A DNA stretch of 64,000 nucleotides from NCBI GenBank assembly GCA_030141605.1, contig JAQGDQ010000261.1:62001-126000 (forward strand). Direction: 5' to 3'. The notes under the pieces were generated by a model. The model was given only the letters and a program-made list of their open reading frames with translations, was not told the origin of the DNA and ran no database searches. The DNA is from Tubiluchus corallicola. Lineage: Eukaryota > Animalia > Priapulida. The position numbers were made by a program, and so were the translations under genes. This document shows, in pieces, positions 38,001 to 53,000 of this stretch (position 1 is its first letter; every line of letters starts with the position of its first letter).

Positions 38001-41000
38001 TTGGCCGGCATTACTAAAATATTCGTAAAAATGTTTGTTTAAACCAGCATAACTAACAATTGATATTGTAATTTTTAACTTGCAGTAAATTTTGCTCAAC
38101 TGTGATTGCTTTTCAGGTAACTGCTGTAGGAGCAAGTACACTAGAACGTGCTGTAGAATTTGCCAACAAGTTTTCCATACCAAAAAGATACGGCTCATAT
38201 GCTGAACTTGTTAATGATGAAGACATAGGTATTTTTTATTTTTTATGCATCTAGATTATGATGTGTGAATGTCAGTTTATTACAGTAATTTCATTTTTGG
38301 CGCAAAGAAATGGATGCTGCTTTTGAAGGAAACATTTTGACATGGAGATCTGCTAATCAATTGTTCATAATGCATACGGTGAACTGCCTAGGCAATGTTG
38401 TCTTAAACATGTTAAATATGTTGTTTTGCCTAGTATGCCTTATTCACTTACGTTTGTCTTGCATCAAGCCGTTCGTTTGCCATTTTTTGTATGTCTTCAC
38501 TAACTATTGTTTACATGTATTGCTCTGCAAAACTGTTGGCAACAAAAATGCTGGAACTTAATGAATGTCAGTTAACTGTAATATCTTTTTTATCATCAAC
38601 CACATGTCACCAACAAATGCACGCACACACACACACACATAAACACACACACCAGTAATTGTTAAGATTCAGCTGCAGTGAAGAAACTGAAATCATTTTT
38701 ATTCACAAATAAAACAAAAACATTGGTGTATTTCAACTAATTGCACTGTTATCTTAACAATAATCATGTGTTTAATCACGAAAACTAGTGTTTTGTGACG
38801 CACAGCATTTGAATAATTTTTTTGCCCTTATTTGCCTGATTTCTTAATTGCTTAGTATCACTCTGAGCAGTACTAATTCATCGTAACGATTTAGGTGGAT
38901 ATAATAATCTATAACATCCTTTTTGTGTGTTGCTAAACTTAACAGTCTGTTTATTTTACCTTTGTTAGTGGCTTAAAATAATTTTATTAAATGTTATTAA
39001 TGAATTTTTTGGATAGTAGGCTTTTTGTTAGGACTGGCCAATTTAGGGATAATCAACATGGTGTACTGCCACAGCGTTTCACTGTAACAAATCTTCTTGT
39101 TGCCTAAATGACTGGTCCCAATTTTTTTGGTGACCCTTCTCTCTAATTTATTGTTATTCTGTACATTGATTTTAGAAAGGCATTTGATACCGTTCCTCTT
39201 CGTCGTCTCATGTTGAAATTGGAATTCGCAGGTATAAGAAGTAAACTTCTTCAATGATTTCAATATATTTTAGCTAGCAGACATCAAGGAATAGTTTTTA
39301 ATGGTGTAAGTGCTTTTTGGACAAAGTAACCAGTGGCATTTCTCAATGGATCTTGTCGAGAACTTATTGTTTTCTCATTTTTGTCAATGATGTTACTGGT
39401 TGTGTATCCCCTGACACCCATGTACCATTATTCGTTGATGATATTAAGCCTTGTCATCCAGTTCGAAATTTTTCTGATCAAGAGTTATCGCATGCTGGCC
39501 TGCCTGAGATTCAGAGATGGTGTGACAACTGTTAATGTCCCTCAAATGCAGTAAAAGTAACACACTTCGTATTCATTCTAATTCTACAATGCCTTATTAC
39601 CCGCGAGATGATGTTATTAAAGAAAAATCAGTTATATGTGATTTGGGAGTTCACATTAATCTCAAATAACCCTATTAAGTGGAACTCTCATATTGAGGTT
39701 ATTATTTCTCAGGCTAATAGATGCATTGGAATGATAAAATGCTGCATTTCGTTATGTAGTGTAAAAGGTATTGTACCTCTGTACGAAGCTGTAGTTAGAC
39801 CAATATTTGGTATGTATGCATTGTTTGGTCACCTCAGTATGTTACTCTAAAGAATGCTTTATAAAGAACTCATTTGAGATGTATTAGTCTGCCCCCTGAT
39901 ATTCAACCTGACTCGTATCATCTCTTGAATAACACCGTGATACTACAGATCTTATTAACTGCTGTAACGTCATCAGTGGTAATTCAATTTTACATACTGT
40001 TATTAATTTACGTAGTGATAAACCACTACATTATTTATGTGGACTCAATTGTAATGACAACCAAATTTATGTATGTATGTAAGCTTTGTGGAAATTAGCT
40101 CTTGTTAATCAGTCCTTGGAACTGGCTATTAAAATAGGGTTCTGTTTCCATCCGATCCTTCTCTTTTGAAAGTTTGCACAATGAATGATTGGATTGATAT
40201 GAAACTTAGGACTTCCTGCAGTAGTAATCTGCAGTTTTTAGCGTCCGTCATAGTTTATTTAATTTTCAATAACTTAAAAAACTCTGAATTTATTAATAGT
40301 TGTTGTTGCTGATTTTGTAAACAGTTTTTATATCGGGTTTTGTTAGAGAATTGCAAAAATGTGAAAGAAGACTAACAGTCAACACTGGTTGGATGAACGG
40401 GTGGACATGAGCCTCTGTTTCAAGAGTCTGGAAATGACTTTGGCCATTGCCGCATTTTTAAAGAGAATTGTTACATTTGTTTGGATTTCTTGCATTGTAT
40501 CTCTGACAAGTGAGCATATTACATTGCCACTTCATCTAGTTTTGAGGTCTTTTTGATAATTACATCATGACGTAGAGTTTAAGTCGTTGTGTTATTATTT
40601 TATGCAGTAGCAACCGCAGTTTGTGAACAACAATTGAGCTTGCTGAAAAATAGCTTGTTTTGCAAAATGACTTCCTAGAGCATTATTATCTCGGGTAAAT
40701 TCCTCAGACCATGAACAGCAATATTCAGTGCCTTAAGCATTGTCATCATTGAATCATTTTTATATTTGTTATCACCATATTAATGTATCATTAATGTTAT
40801 TATCATAAGATTGTCATTAACTTATTTAATGTTTTTAGATATTGATCGGTGATGGGAAAATTTTGTTGGGTTTGTCTTATTGCCACACACAGGTATTTGT
40901 CAGAGAATGAAATTTGTTGGGATAACCTAATTTTATTTTTATTTCGTTTGGTAATGTTCTACGTGATCAGCTTTTCTAATTAGAAATTTATATGTTTACT

Positions 41001-44000
41001 TTTCACAATGTGGATTTTTGGCCCCTTTATTAATTTGTATATATTATTTGGCATTAGCTCATGAGCACAACCAGGTTAAATGTTGAAATGTTGCACTTAC
41101 TACATCACACCATTGTATTTAAATAAATAGAATCATGTCTATACTTAAGTGGGTGCTGGCATTTATTTTTATTTTTAGATATTGTATATATAGCTGTGTG
41201 GAATGCAGGACATCTAGATGCAATCAAACTAGCTCTTCATGCTGGCAGGCCTGTTCTTTGTGAGAAGCCTTTATGTTTATCACAAGAAGAAGCACACGAG
41301 GCAATTTCACTTGCCAGGGAGAAGCAGTTGTTTCTGATGGAGGTAAAGTGCATGTTCAAACTGTCGATGTGATATTTAGTTATATATGCATTTTAATAGC
41401 TGTGCATGTTATGCAGTTACCTGAGCAAGCTAATCTGCTTGTGTATTTACCAGAATAAATTTGACAGATTGCCAAACGTGGGAAAATTAATTTGGCTTTA
41501 ATTTGTATTTTGAATTCAGCGAAGGGCAGGCTGTGCTAGCCTTGCAATACCACAGTGTTTACCTGGCAGAATTTTTGAAACTTTGTTAATTGGCAGTGTT
41601 TTCGTTGAGTTATTTATTTATTTATATTCTTATTTATTCTCAGCCACTTTAACGCTTAATAACTTGTAAGTCTTACAAGCCAGCATGACCAAACTTACAG
41701 GGTTGGTAGCCCTGGGCGGGGAGCGTACAACAGTATAGAACCGCTGACCACTGGTCAAAGGGGGAAGGTTAGTGGGCATTGGTCAGTTTTTCCTTTAGGT
41801 CGCATCTGCTGCTAGGGCTTTCATTTTTTTCTAATTTTTTTTCTTAAGTATTTGTGTACTGCGGGGCAGGTGTGCACCTGGGGTTTTAAAAAGCTGACAA
41901 GCTTTACACGTCCAAGTGAGGAGCCAAAATGCAATATGTGAAATGCACTTTTCATTTATTCAAGCAATTCAATAAAAGAAAATAAGCACTTTCAAAAAAG
42001 CTGTCATCTCTTCAATTTTTAAGGCTCAATTTTATAACTATTGTTTGCAAAATCTTCGGTTTCTGACCTCACCAGAAACATTGTCAACTAGTTTATTATT
42101 ATTTATTCTCCGCAACTTTAATGCTTAATAACTCGCAAGCCTTGCAAGCTAGGGTAACCAAATTCGCAGAGTTGGTCGCCCTTTGCACAGGACGTACAAC
42201 AGTGTGATGACCACTGACCACTAGTCAAGGGAGGAAGGGCAGTGGACGTCAATCACTTTTTCCTTTTATTTTTTTCTTTTTATTTATTTATTTTTTTTTT
42301 TTCTTTTTTTTTCTTTTCTTTCAATTTATTTTTCTTTAGGACCCATCTGCTCCCATAGTTTTTGAGCTAGGGCCACAATACTTGGAATGATGCTAGGCAG
42401 GGGCATCGTGTACCAAAAAAAATTGGGGGGGGGGGTCCGACTGTATATAATGGTGGAACTAAACTGTTTAAAAACGTATGATTTTGAAAAAAAATAAACA
42501 GTATTTTGCGTGCAAGAAAAACAATTTATTTATTCCCAACTGGCATTTAACTTAAAGCTATAGCAACGGAAACTTAATTAAAATTAAAAATTAAAGTAAA
42601 ATTTAATTAAGTATTTATTAGCTGTCAGGAATCCGACGCAGAACATCACTCTAGAAGAGCTCAACCACAGACTTCAAGTCCATATTCTTTGTTTTCTCAG
42701 CCTCAACTGCAAGGATCATCAGGTCACTCAGTCGTGACTGACTCATTGTACTGCGGAGAGCATTCTTGACATCGTTTAAGAAATATAGCTAAAATCGCAA
42801 CGAAAACTAGCAAAGATTTTCCTAGCAGGAGAAAAATGATGAAATGTGCTCAAAATCACGCCCTTTTATGCAGCAAACTCGTGGGAAAGAGTCCCTAAGG
42901 AGTAGCAAAGAGTCGGTAATGTCCAATCAGGAGGTGGCTGAGCCGTGGCTCATCAATTTGTATCTCCCAAACCGACTCTCTGGTACTAGGCTAGCTCGAC
43001 AAACTGACTCTCTGGTACTAGGCTAGCTCAACATGACTTCAATGTTTGCATTGTTTTTGCTCTATTATTTCACTTATTCTCTATTACAACACACTGCTGA
43101 ACGAAGCTCGAGTGCTAACTGAGCCGTTTTGTTAACTAACAGTCTTTTGTGCAAAGACGCTAATGCTACTCAACGAGCTGCTTTGTTAACTGTTCCTGCC
43201 TGCCTCCTGAATAGATTACATGCAAACAAATTAACTACATCCTGACTTTCAGGTAAACACATACTCATGCTCATACTGTTCGCATTTATGGAGCGCTGGC
43301 CCGCTATTGCGTGTCAAAAAGTCGGAAATAAATTTGCTTACCGGTCTCATTACGAGCCGCTGACACCCTTCAAATTTTTGACATTTTCTAAAAAAATTGG
43401 GGGCCCTATGGCACGACGCCACTGATGCTAGGTGGGGTTGTCGCTTTGCACATCACAATTTATGGGACATGCGCATATAGGAAAATTTTCTGCTAGGGGG
43501 CAACAACCAAAAAATGGGGGTCGGGAACTAAAGTGCACCGAGTGTTGAGCAATAGTACCTTGTAGCACATCAAATTAAAGGTCTTGATGAGGCGAATCAA
43601 ATGACATGGGTTACAATGAGAATAGTTAATCTGCGACACCGCCAGGGGGCAAAAACCGAAAAATGGGGGTCGGCAACAGAAATGCATAGAGTGTCTATGA
43701 ATAGTACCATGTACCATATCAAATGAAAGGTCTTGATGAAGCGAATCGAATGGTATAGGTTAGAGTGTGAATCGTTAACCTGTGACCCAGTTAGAGGCAA
43801 AATAGGGGTCGAGGAGACAAATGCCTTCCAGGGTCCTACCAAAAGTAGGTTGTTGTATATCAAATGAAAGGTCTCAATGAGACACACTGAATGATATAAA
43901 TTATCCCAAGATTGTCGACCTTTGACCCATGGGTGATGGGCTGAACAGTTAAATGCTGAGGTTTCATTGTGAAGTGCACTTTCAAGAAACATTGTTAACT

Positions 44001-47000
44001 AGTCTCAACTTGGAAATAAGATAGAATGATAAACTTGGTAGCAAAGTGATTGTAACGAAATGGAGATTCAGAATATGTGACTAACTAAAAAAAATTTTAC
44101 TTTAAGCTCTGGACGGTTTTGCTGTGCAAGCACACATATAATTTTTTAAAACTTGAAATCATAATGTTTGCTCTCCATAAAAGTGATGGAATACGTCTGA
44201 AAATGTATAGTCTGCATCTATCCTCACCACCTCTTATTTGTAATAACTGTCTTTTCTACTCCTTTTTACGTACCTTGGTAATAAGCATTGAAAACTTTTA
44301 CTGTTATCTGTGGATTGGGACCCAAGTTGTTAATCCTATCACATGTCGTCATTGTTGTGGACACAATCAATTATCAGATCACAGGTGTGAATGTAATTAT
44401 GCCATCGATCTTGCTGAACGTTTCGCAAAAATCCATTGATCCAAGCTATCTTTGTCATTATTTACAATAATATTGTCATCATGCATTAAAATTATTGTTA
44501 AACTAACAAATGCTAGTGTAAAGTTAAAGGAAAAGATTCTCTTTCCTAAAGTTTGATAAGCACCTTGTGTAATCAGTCAAATTACTTGGTCAATTCATGA
44601 TCATTTCCTGTTTGCATGCATTAATTTTGACAGCTCGTTTTTCAGCTAATGAAGTCATTTTCAGCAGCACTCTGTCAAACGTATAACATGATTTTACGAA
44701 AAATTAAATAGTCAATTTTGTCATACTTTGGGTGAACGTTAAATAAGCTGCAAAAATTTTAATTAGTTATATGTTTATAAAACTTGTTATATGTTTACAA
44801 AAAACTGCGAAGCTAGCCGTATATGTCATAGCTTTCAGGTGAATGCTACAGCCTCACCTTACCTGGAAATTTTTGTACACTGATATTATAAATTAAGTTT
44901 ACACTTTATGTAGGAATTGCAGGAAAGCATGCTTCCACAATATATCTGCCTGTTGGGTCTTACTCCGAATTTCCTTACTTATGGTGGTCTTTCTTAGCCT
45001 TTGCTTGACTGAGCTAACTAGGTGGATTTGATTTTGGGAGTCCTTCTCCTGGCTTTCCTCTGATAAAGTGTAGCTGTAACGCAGCAGAGTTTAAAATCAG
45101 AATTTTGTTTCTGCTAGATGAGCAGCATTTGAGTACCTTTCATCAACGTTTTTGAGCCTCATCTGCCCAAAACAACTCATTCTGAAGTGATAATAACATG
45201 TCTGTTCCAATTCTTCGGTCAGTAGAAACAGGCTGGCCAAAAGTTGGACTTTGAGAGACACACTTTCACATGTCTCATGAGAGGCTTTTAAAGCTATGAG
45301 AGCTCACCTCATTACTACCCCTCAGTTGTAACAGCTTGATAGCATTAAAAATCAACACAATATGGTAAATGATATGGCTTTTCCTTTAAAAGAGAACCAA
45401 AATTAACTTAAACATCAGTTACTCGCCTATGTATACAAAAATATGTACCGAGTTCTTCAGGTAAATTTCATAATTAGCTTTACTGACAAAAGTTGGAACG
45501 AATTTTGCATATCATCATCACCACCACCGTCACTCTCACCGCCACCATCATCATTATCACCGTAATTATCATTCGTCATTTGTTGAGTGGCGGTCAATGT
45601 GAAAATTAATGCATGTTTGATGTAATTAAATTTTAATGTGTGTGAATGTTTGACAGGGAGTTTGGAGTCGTTTTTTCCCAGCGTATTATCGGCTTCGTGA
45701 AGAAATCAGAAAAGGATCTATAGGTTTTCCAATGGTTGTCACAGCAACACTTGGCATTTGTGTTCCAGAGCAGTTCAGGTCAGATAAATTAAATTCATGT
45801 CTTTGTATAATCTAAAAATGGCTTACTTTCTTATTTGTCAAGAGACAGAACTTTTAGATTTAATTGTTACTAGTTAAATAGAACCTATTCAGTGGCGTGA
45901 AAATAGTTGATTATGTAAAATTTATGTAATGCTTTATATTGTATTGTATTTTATATTGTTCTGCCGTCGGGTTCTCGCCGCCAGGGTAGTTGTAATAGCC
46001 CCTGGACCGTTTCAACCAGAGCTGTCGGTGGGCGAGAGATCTGTGATCGAATGCCACATCCTGAAATGAGATTGGTAAACCAAACGGCTGGGAGACATAA
46101 TAGGACATTAACCAGCTTTAAAATAGCGGTGCCAGACCCGCCAAAAATCTTGACTAGCCTAGTAACTGCTAAATTAGAAAATAAACGTTGAAACCATCAG
46201 CTGTTTGAAACCTGCTACTGTTTTGTTAGTGTGAAAGAATCTTTGTAATTGAACTAAATAAGTAGCTGACTAAACATTAAACATAAAGAAGAATCTTCCA
46301 TTGAGGGTTTACCACACCCTCCCTTTGACGCTTGAATAGTTGGATGACAAATCCTGTGAGGGTGGGACCAGTCTTGTCCTGTTTGGCACTTAAACTAACA
46401 CTAGCAACCACTGAACACAAGGAATCAGAATGCGGCACTTGTATTTATAGAATTTGTGCAAGGGAGACAGGCAAGTATTTAAATTTAAGCCCATCAGAAA
46501 GTAGGATTTGCTAATTTCATGCTGGTAAGATTATTAAATTTTGATTTATGGGGTGTTTCTACTTTAAAGTGACTTTGAAATAACACACAGGTTGCATGTT
46601 CTGTGTCCTTGAGTGAGTGAAAATTTGAATGCAAAACCGGGCAAAGCTCAACCCCGCAACAATATTGTAGTACTCTGTGTTTTATTTCATAGACATACTT
46701 ATCCAATGTCCTTACTCAAACTTATGTATTTAACAACTAAAGTTTATAAAACTGTCTAAATAAGGGAGACCTGTTATGCCTAGAATGATTCAAAACTATT
46801 CAATGATAATACAGTGATTTAGTCAATTTGAATACAGATTTTCGTCTTTGTATAATTAAAACTGAACAATTTCTGTTCTTATAAAGCCCATATCTATAGA
46901 ACTGACATGGTGAGGCTGATTTTAGAGATTTTTTTCAGACTTACAGAATAAGTTTGTAACTACTCACTGGATTTAACACAACCTGCCAACATGGTGTAAG

Positions 47001-50000
47001 TTTATGGATAAAACACAATATAGTGGCAGTAACTCGACAATCTATCCTTGATCAGTATACAATAATGGGAAATTTATCAATTGACCATTTTCAAACTTGC
47101 CGAGTACCTTTGTAATCATTTATTGGAGTTTGGTAAGATTAACACAAAATTAACGTTGTGCAAGAGCAGCGAATCATTCCATGAATGGAAAATATTACTA
47201 ATCATGCACAAAATGTGTGACAGTGAATTCGGTGCCTCCCAGCAGTTGTTCCAATGCACAGAAATCAGGTCTCAAGGTGGCACAACTGCTTTCTGGCACA
47301 GAACAAAAATTGGTGTTTAATCACAAACAAAATGATCAATGAAATTGTGAAATCAATGAATAAAAGAGATGCCAAAATTGCCAGAAACAAGGTTCCAGCA
47401 CTCTTCACGCTGCAGTCATGCTGGACTTCGGTGTTGTAATACTCCTATTTAGCTTTGTTACTATAGTTTTTGTACAATGTGAGTTGTAAGTATGAGAATG
47501 GTGAGTGATCAAAAGTAGATAAAGTTGACAAAATTGAACAATGATACTATAATACAGATGAGCATTTCAGAATTTTAAGTATGTACATGAATTTGATTGG
47601 ATTGTTACAATAAGTTACAGAAATTCAAATGGAATATTGGTTCGATTTACATAAGGTTACATGGTTTATAATATGTGCTTACTTTTTTAGATAGATTTTT
47701 TTATTTTTATGTTAACTGAATGTATAATTTTATAAACTCAGTAAGTTACTGTGTTTTTTTAAATTTTAATTTTTTTACTAGTTGTACTTGCACTAAGTTC
47801 GAGTTTCAATTGTAATTATCATCATCATCATTATCATTATCATGTGCTCATTTCACCTGTTGTAGACATTGAGCAGGCAGACTTCTAAAATAAAAGAAAA
47901 CTGCCCTCAAGACAGGTAAACACAGGAGCAGTCCATTAAAAAAAACTAGACTCTGCTATGCCAGTGGCTTATCAGCACCACTTCTAAGCATTTAGTTGTA
48001 ATGTGCGCATAACACCTTACAAACTTACACAATTTTTGTGGGACCAGAAATATTGAACTTTATTTATCCTATTATTCTACACTGAACATTGTCTGCTGAG
48101 AGAAAAGCAGAACCTAAATGAGCTAAGATATATTTATTATGGTATATATATTAGGTATATATATATATATCCTTTATAAATGACTTGCCTAGTTGTGTGA
48201 GCAATTCTCTTCGCCTCTTTGCTGATGGCAGCAAAATTTGGTCTGACTCTGATCCCTATTACCAGCTGTAATGATCTTCAATTGGATATAGAAGGGCTCT
48301 GTGAATAGGCAGTTGAAAATGGTATGCAGTTCCATCCCAACAAGTGTAAAGTTGTACCTGCGGGAGCAGGATATGAGTATAAATAAAACTGTATGATGCA
48401 AGTGGCATTCCGGCAGAACTAGAGAAAGACCTTTGATTATTACTAGATAATAACTAAATTTTAAAGATCACATAGCAGAAATCATAAAGAATACCAAACG
48501 AAACAATGTTTTAATAAGGAGGAATTTCAAGTGCCTAGATCTGCAAACTTTTAAGCTTCTGTATGTGGCATTTGTGGCATCAAAAGTGGAGTATGGAAGT
48601 AATATTTGGAATACTCCTAGAGCATATATAGTGGACCCAGTCGAAGCTGTCCAAATGAGAGCTTTTAACATGTTACCGGAATTAATGAACTTATTGTATG
48701 AAAATCAATAAAAACGATTAGTTTTAACTACATTAGCTTTTAGAGGATTACGAGGTCAGCTAACTGATGTATACAAATATGTATCTGGAGTTTCATGTCC
48801 TGTTTGTCCTGTTAAATTAGAAGTACATCGCCCAGCAAGATCAATTCCTATTCTTCATAAATCAAGAACTGCACACAAAACTGGTAAATACGACTATTTT
48901 TCTTGTATGATACCAGAGATCTGGAATGTATATATATTGTACTGAACACCCCTTTCATGCTAAATGTAAGTTTCTGTTGAAGCTAAATTGTGCATATGGC
49001 CTGTATAAAAGTGGCCCTCGCTGCTCTATTGCAGCTCCAGTTAGTTTAATCCGACACATTGTGAACTCTATTGCTACATTGTTTTTTAATCTACTTCATG
49101 TAATTTGTAAATAACGGTACTGTTTTCCTTTTACATTATTCTCTTGTTTCGTGGATAGACGTCAGAAGAGTTATAGCCTGTTTAGCCTCCGCATCCGTAC
49201 CAAACCAACCTGGGCAGTTTTAGCCCTTGCTGGCAAGGTTCTGCCTGCAGTTCAATATGTACCCATGCGATATATAATTTTATAAACAAAAAACATGAGT
49301 CGCTTGTTTAACATAATAATTTTCACTAGCAGTTCAAGCAACCAACAGGTGCTTCTTGGTATTTCATGGTTCTTGGCTCCTTGTAGTTGAGTTTTTTCTA
49401 TAATAATACCAACAAAAAATCGTTTGTTTTTACATTATTTTTTGTAGACACACTGGAGGTGGTGCTACTCATGGCCTCGGTATATACATGCTGCAGTTTT
49501 CAAACTGGGTATTTGAAGATGAACCTATAGATTGTGTGGCAACAGGTTTGCATGGAGATCATGGTAATTAGTTTTGTACAATAATTAAATAAGCCCAATT
49601 TCAATAGAACACAATGGCAGGTGATACAAAAACATTTTTAATATACAAATATCCGGTTAGTTTGAGTAAATTTAGGATAAAACTTTTAACCTTACGTCTT
49701 CCTTAGACATTCTGGGGTTATGTGTAATTCAATATTGAACATACTTAGACATGTACTTGTTTGTGTTATGTTTTGCTAGTATTCATTCACTTTACACATC
49801 CTTGCGAGTGAAAGAAGAAAGCCTCAATTCTAAACTTGGCCCAGCCTATGTAATTTATAAATTTGACGTGGTCTATATGACAAACCACAAGGCATCTTCA
49901 TTACACAGTAAATACACATTCAGCATGGTAGTTTACTGTCCATTAAGCATGTCGCTATTGTTGTAGCCAAAATGTGAAAATCAGAGCAAACGGCTTAATC

Positions 50001-53000
50001 TAAAAAAATTAGGGTCACTCAATTCCTGTTACATTATTGGACTAGAAGCCAATGTTTTTGCATGTGCAGGTAATTGTTAACCTGGTTATGGTGGTCAGGT
50101 GTAATCGGGGTTATGGTGGTCAGGTGTAAGCGGGGTTATGGTGGTCAGGTGTAAACGCTGTTATGGTGGTCAGGTGTAATCATGGTTATGGTGGTCAGTT
50201 GTAATTGCGGTTGAGGTGGTCAGGTGTAATCATGGTTATGGTGGTCAGGTGTAATCACGGTTATGGTGTGCAGGTGTAAGCTTGGTTATGGTGGTCAGCT
50301 GTAAGCATGGTTATGGTGTTACGCTCACATATGTGATGTGAATTTTTCCTTTCTGTTAACAAACAGTATGTTCTAGTGACATGAAAGATTGCCTCTTTTG
50401 CAGGTGTGGATGTTACTGTGTCCTTCTCTGTGCAGTACAGCAAAGGCCGCTTTGCTTCTTTTCTGATTACTTTGGGCACCAGTCTTCCAAATGAAGGTTG
50501 TGTGTTTGGAACTGATGGTGATATAAAGGTTACTATTTCCTATTAAATCATTTCCATTTTTATGAATTCTAATTGTTGAAAATTTGTGCAACTTTCACAA
50601 ATTTAGTTCTAAATGATGGAAGTTTGAGGTCATGTGAACAAAGCTACATCAAGGTAATTAAAATCATAGTTATTATAGAATTGTTGCAGGTACCTATTTT
50701 TTCAAACACTGGAAAGATTAATAATAATCATGTTGGGTTCTTTACTAAATTAAGTCCACATGCAAATTTGAGTTTTTAATTGATTTAATATGTATATAAC
50801 CGATAGAATTCCTTTTACAAAGATCATATCTAGTTTTTTGGTAGCTGAAACAATGTAGTTTCAAAGGTTGCCAGGCATTTGACCTTTAACAAAATTTATG
50901 AAATCGTAGATTTTACAGTATTTGTAGAAATTTTCAACTTATTGTTTGACTTTTTTTTAATGATTGTTTCTTTCCTCCAGCTTTTCATGCTTAATACACT
51001 ACAAGCAGTTTGTGTAAATTGATAGTGATAATATTTCCTGGAACAGAGGTGCTTTTGTGATGATTTCTGTTCTTTTCTCTTGTGATTTATTTGCTCTCTC
51101 ATTTTTTAATGATTGCATTCAGTGCTCCGTTTCGTTCTTTCTCGCAGTTTTTTATTTGTCATGTATCCAGTGGTTGTGTATTATGCATTGCATAGCATGT
51201 TACTTATTGCATACCACTGAGCAGTTTATGTGGGCTATATCATTCTTCTGACAAATATTGACCTTTCATAATTTGAAGTTGCATAGAATTCGGATTTTAT
51301 TGGTGTTGAGGAAATTAAGTTTCCAGTAAAAGTTTATTGCTTTCATTAATGTTGGTTAACTCGTGACCATCTTCAAAGCCCAGTTACATCGGTTGCAGAC
51401 ATTGGACAGACATAATTATAATGAAATTGTCATGAGTAAGACTGTAAGAGTTTAAATGTTACTACAAAGATTTTATTTCATTTAAATAATTTGGCACCAT
51501 TATGAAAAAGAACTTGTTCTTTGCAATCCAGAACAACTCAAGAGTCAAATTTCTAGCTAAAATGGTAATAAATACAAACAGTACTAACTTGTTTACACCT
51601 GTGAATAATGGTAGTAAATGTAAATAGTGCTTCACATTTGTAATAAACAGGATTAAACTGTCCACAGTGTGCAGTTATAAGAAAACTGGAAGCATATAGC
51701 TAGACTTTGTAATAAATATGAACAATATTAACTGCAAACAAGCATGAATAAGTGTGTTCCAAAATTTAGAAATTGTCTGTGATCTTTTGAGAGATTTTTT
51801 TACACTCTTTAAAAAATAATGTTAAAATTAGCTGTTTGTTGTTATATTACAATAATCTACAGCTATGAAAAAATTCTTTTTACTTCAGTTGAATATTGTA
51901 TGAATTAAATTACAAAAAAACCATTCACTTACATAAAGCTTAAAAAGTCTTGAAATTTTATACAACTTATATACTGAATACAGAGCTTGCGTCGACGGTA
52001 ACTTTGTAAAAAACATGTAAATTTAAACTCCCGCGATGACCGCCAGATACAGCCATGTTGACGATAAGTCATTTGAAACAAATTTACATAACACTGAGTA
52101 AAGTTTGAAAAAATAACCAGAGCATTCGTAGCACACGTCAGTAACTATGTAATATATTAAATTACTGTATCTTGTCAATAAGATTAAAAATATGTTTCTT
52201 TGTTAGTGAATTGTGCACCATGGATGTGAGTCAACGACAATTTACCAATTGGTGAAAACATTTTAAATAATTAATAATTTTCTTTTCTAGTTACATATGT
52301 CTTTCAAGCAGGTAAGCGAAATGATAAATAATATAACTTTGCATGGACAGTTTTTTGGGACATAGTTTAACATTCCCTTTTGTTTGTGATTTACGTTGTG
52401 CGTACATTTTGTCATGTAATGGCGCAGTCAGAACAATATTGCGGGAGATTTAAAATGAAAACAAACAAAAAATCCTTTTAATGCGAGTATGATATTCTCA
52501 TAAAATTGCTATAAAGTAATATAATTTCTTAAGGCGATATTTCTGAAATCTACTACAGGTATCCCCTTTCTTGTCTTTTAAGTCAACATTGAGGAGCACA
52601 ATACGAAGGCAACATTTTAACACCATATGAAATATTTTGAGGCAACAATGCACAGTAAGTATTACCTATGCAATTACAAAGTACTATGAAAATAAAACTT
52701 AACATAAGCACTGCCAGTTTTCTCATTTTTATGTTTACACCACATGTAGTCAATTGTACAGCAGAAATGGTAGCAAACATAGTAGAGAAGTCAACCCAAA
52801 AAGAAGTAAAAATTGTGATTTTAAAAATTCATACTGTATTCAACTGAAGCAAGAAGGTGTTGTAACAACTGACTGAATAAAAATCATGCACATGACCATT
52901 GTTCTTGTGTAATGAAATGGCAGTTGTGTGGCAAGTGTTTTTATTTCCGCTTAAGCAAATAAATTGGCGCCATATGATAATTATAATACATGTCCGCATT

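Larger units (their letters stand above)
41560..44002 (+). mobile_element. Two tandem Helitron/Helentron-like non-autonomous units (about 41560-42091 and 42092-44002)
   Basis: Duplicated blocks (CTTTAA.GCTTAATAACT...CTGACCACT.GTCAA); both end AGAAACATTGT.AACTAG|T; second has ~3 internal ~120-bp repeats at 43500-43900. Confidence 0.55.
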
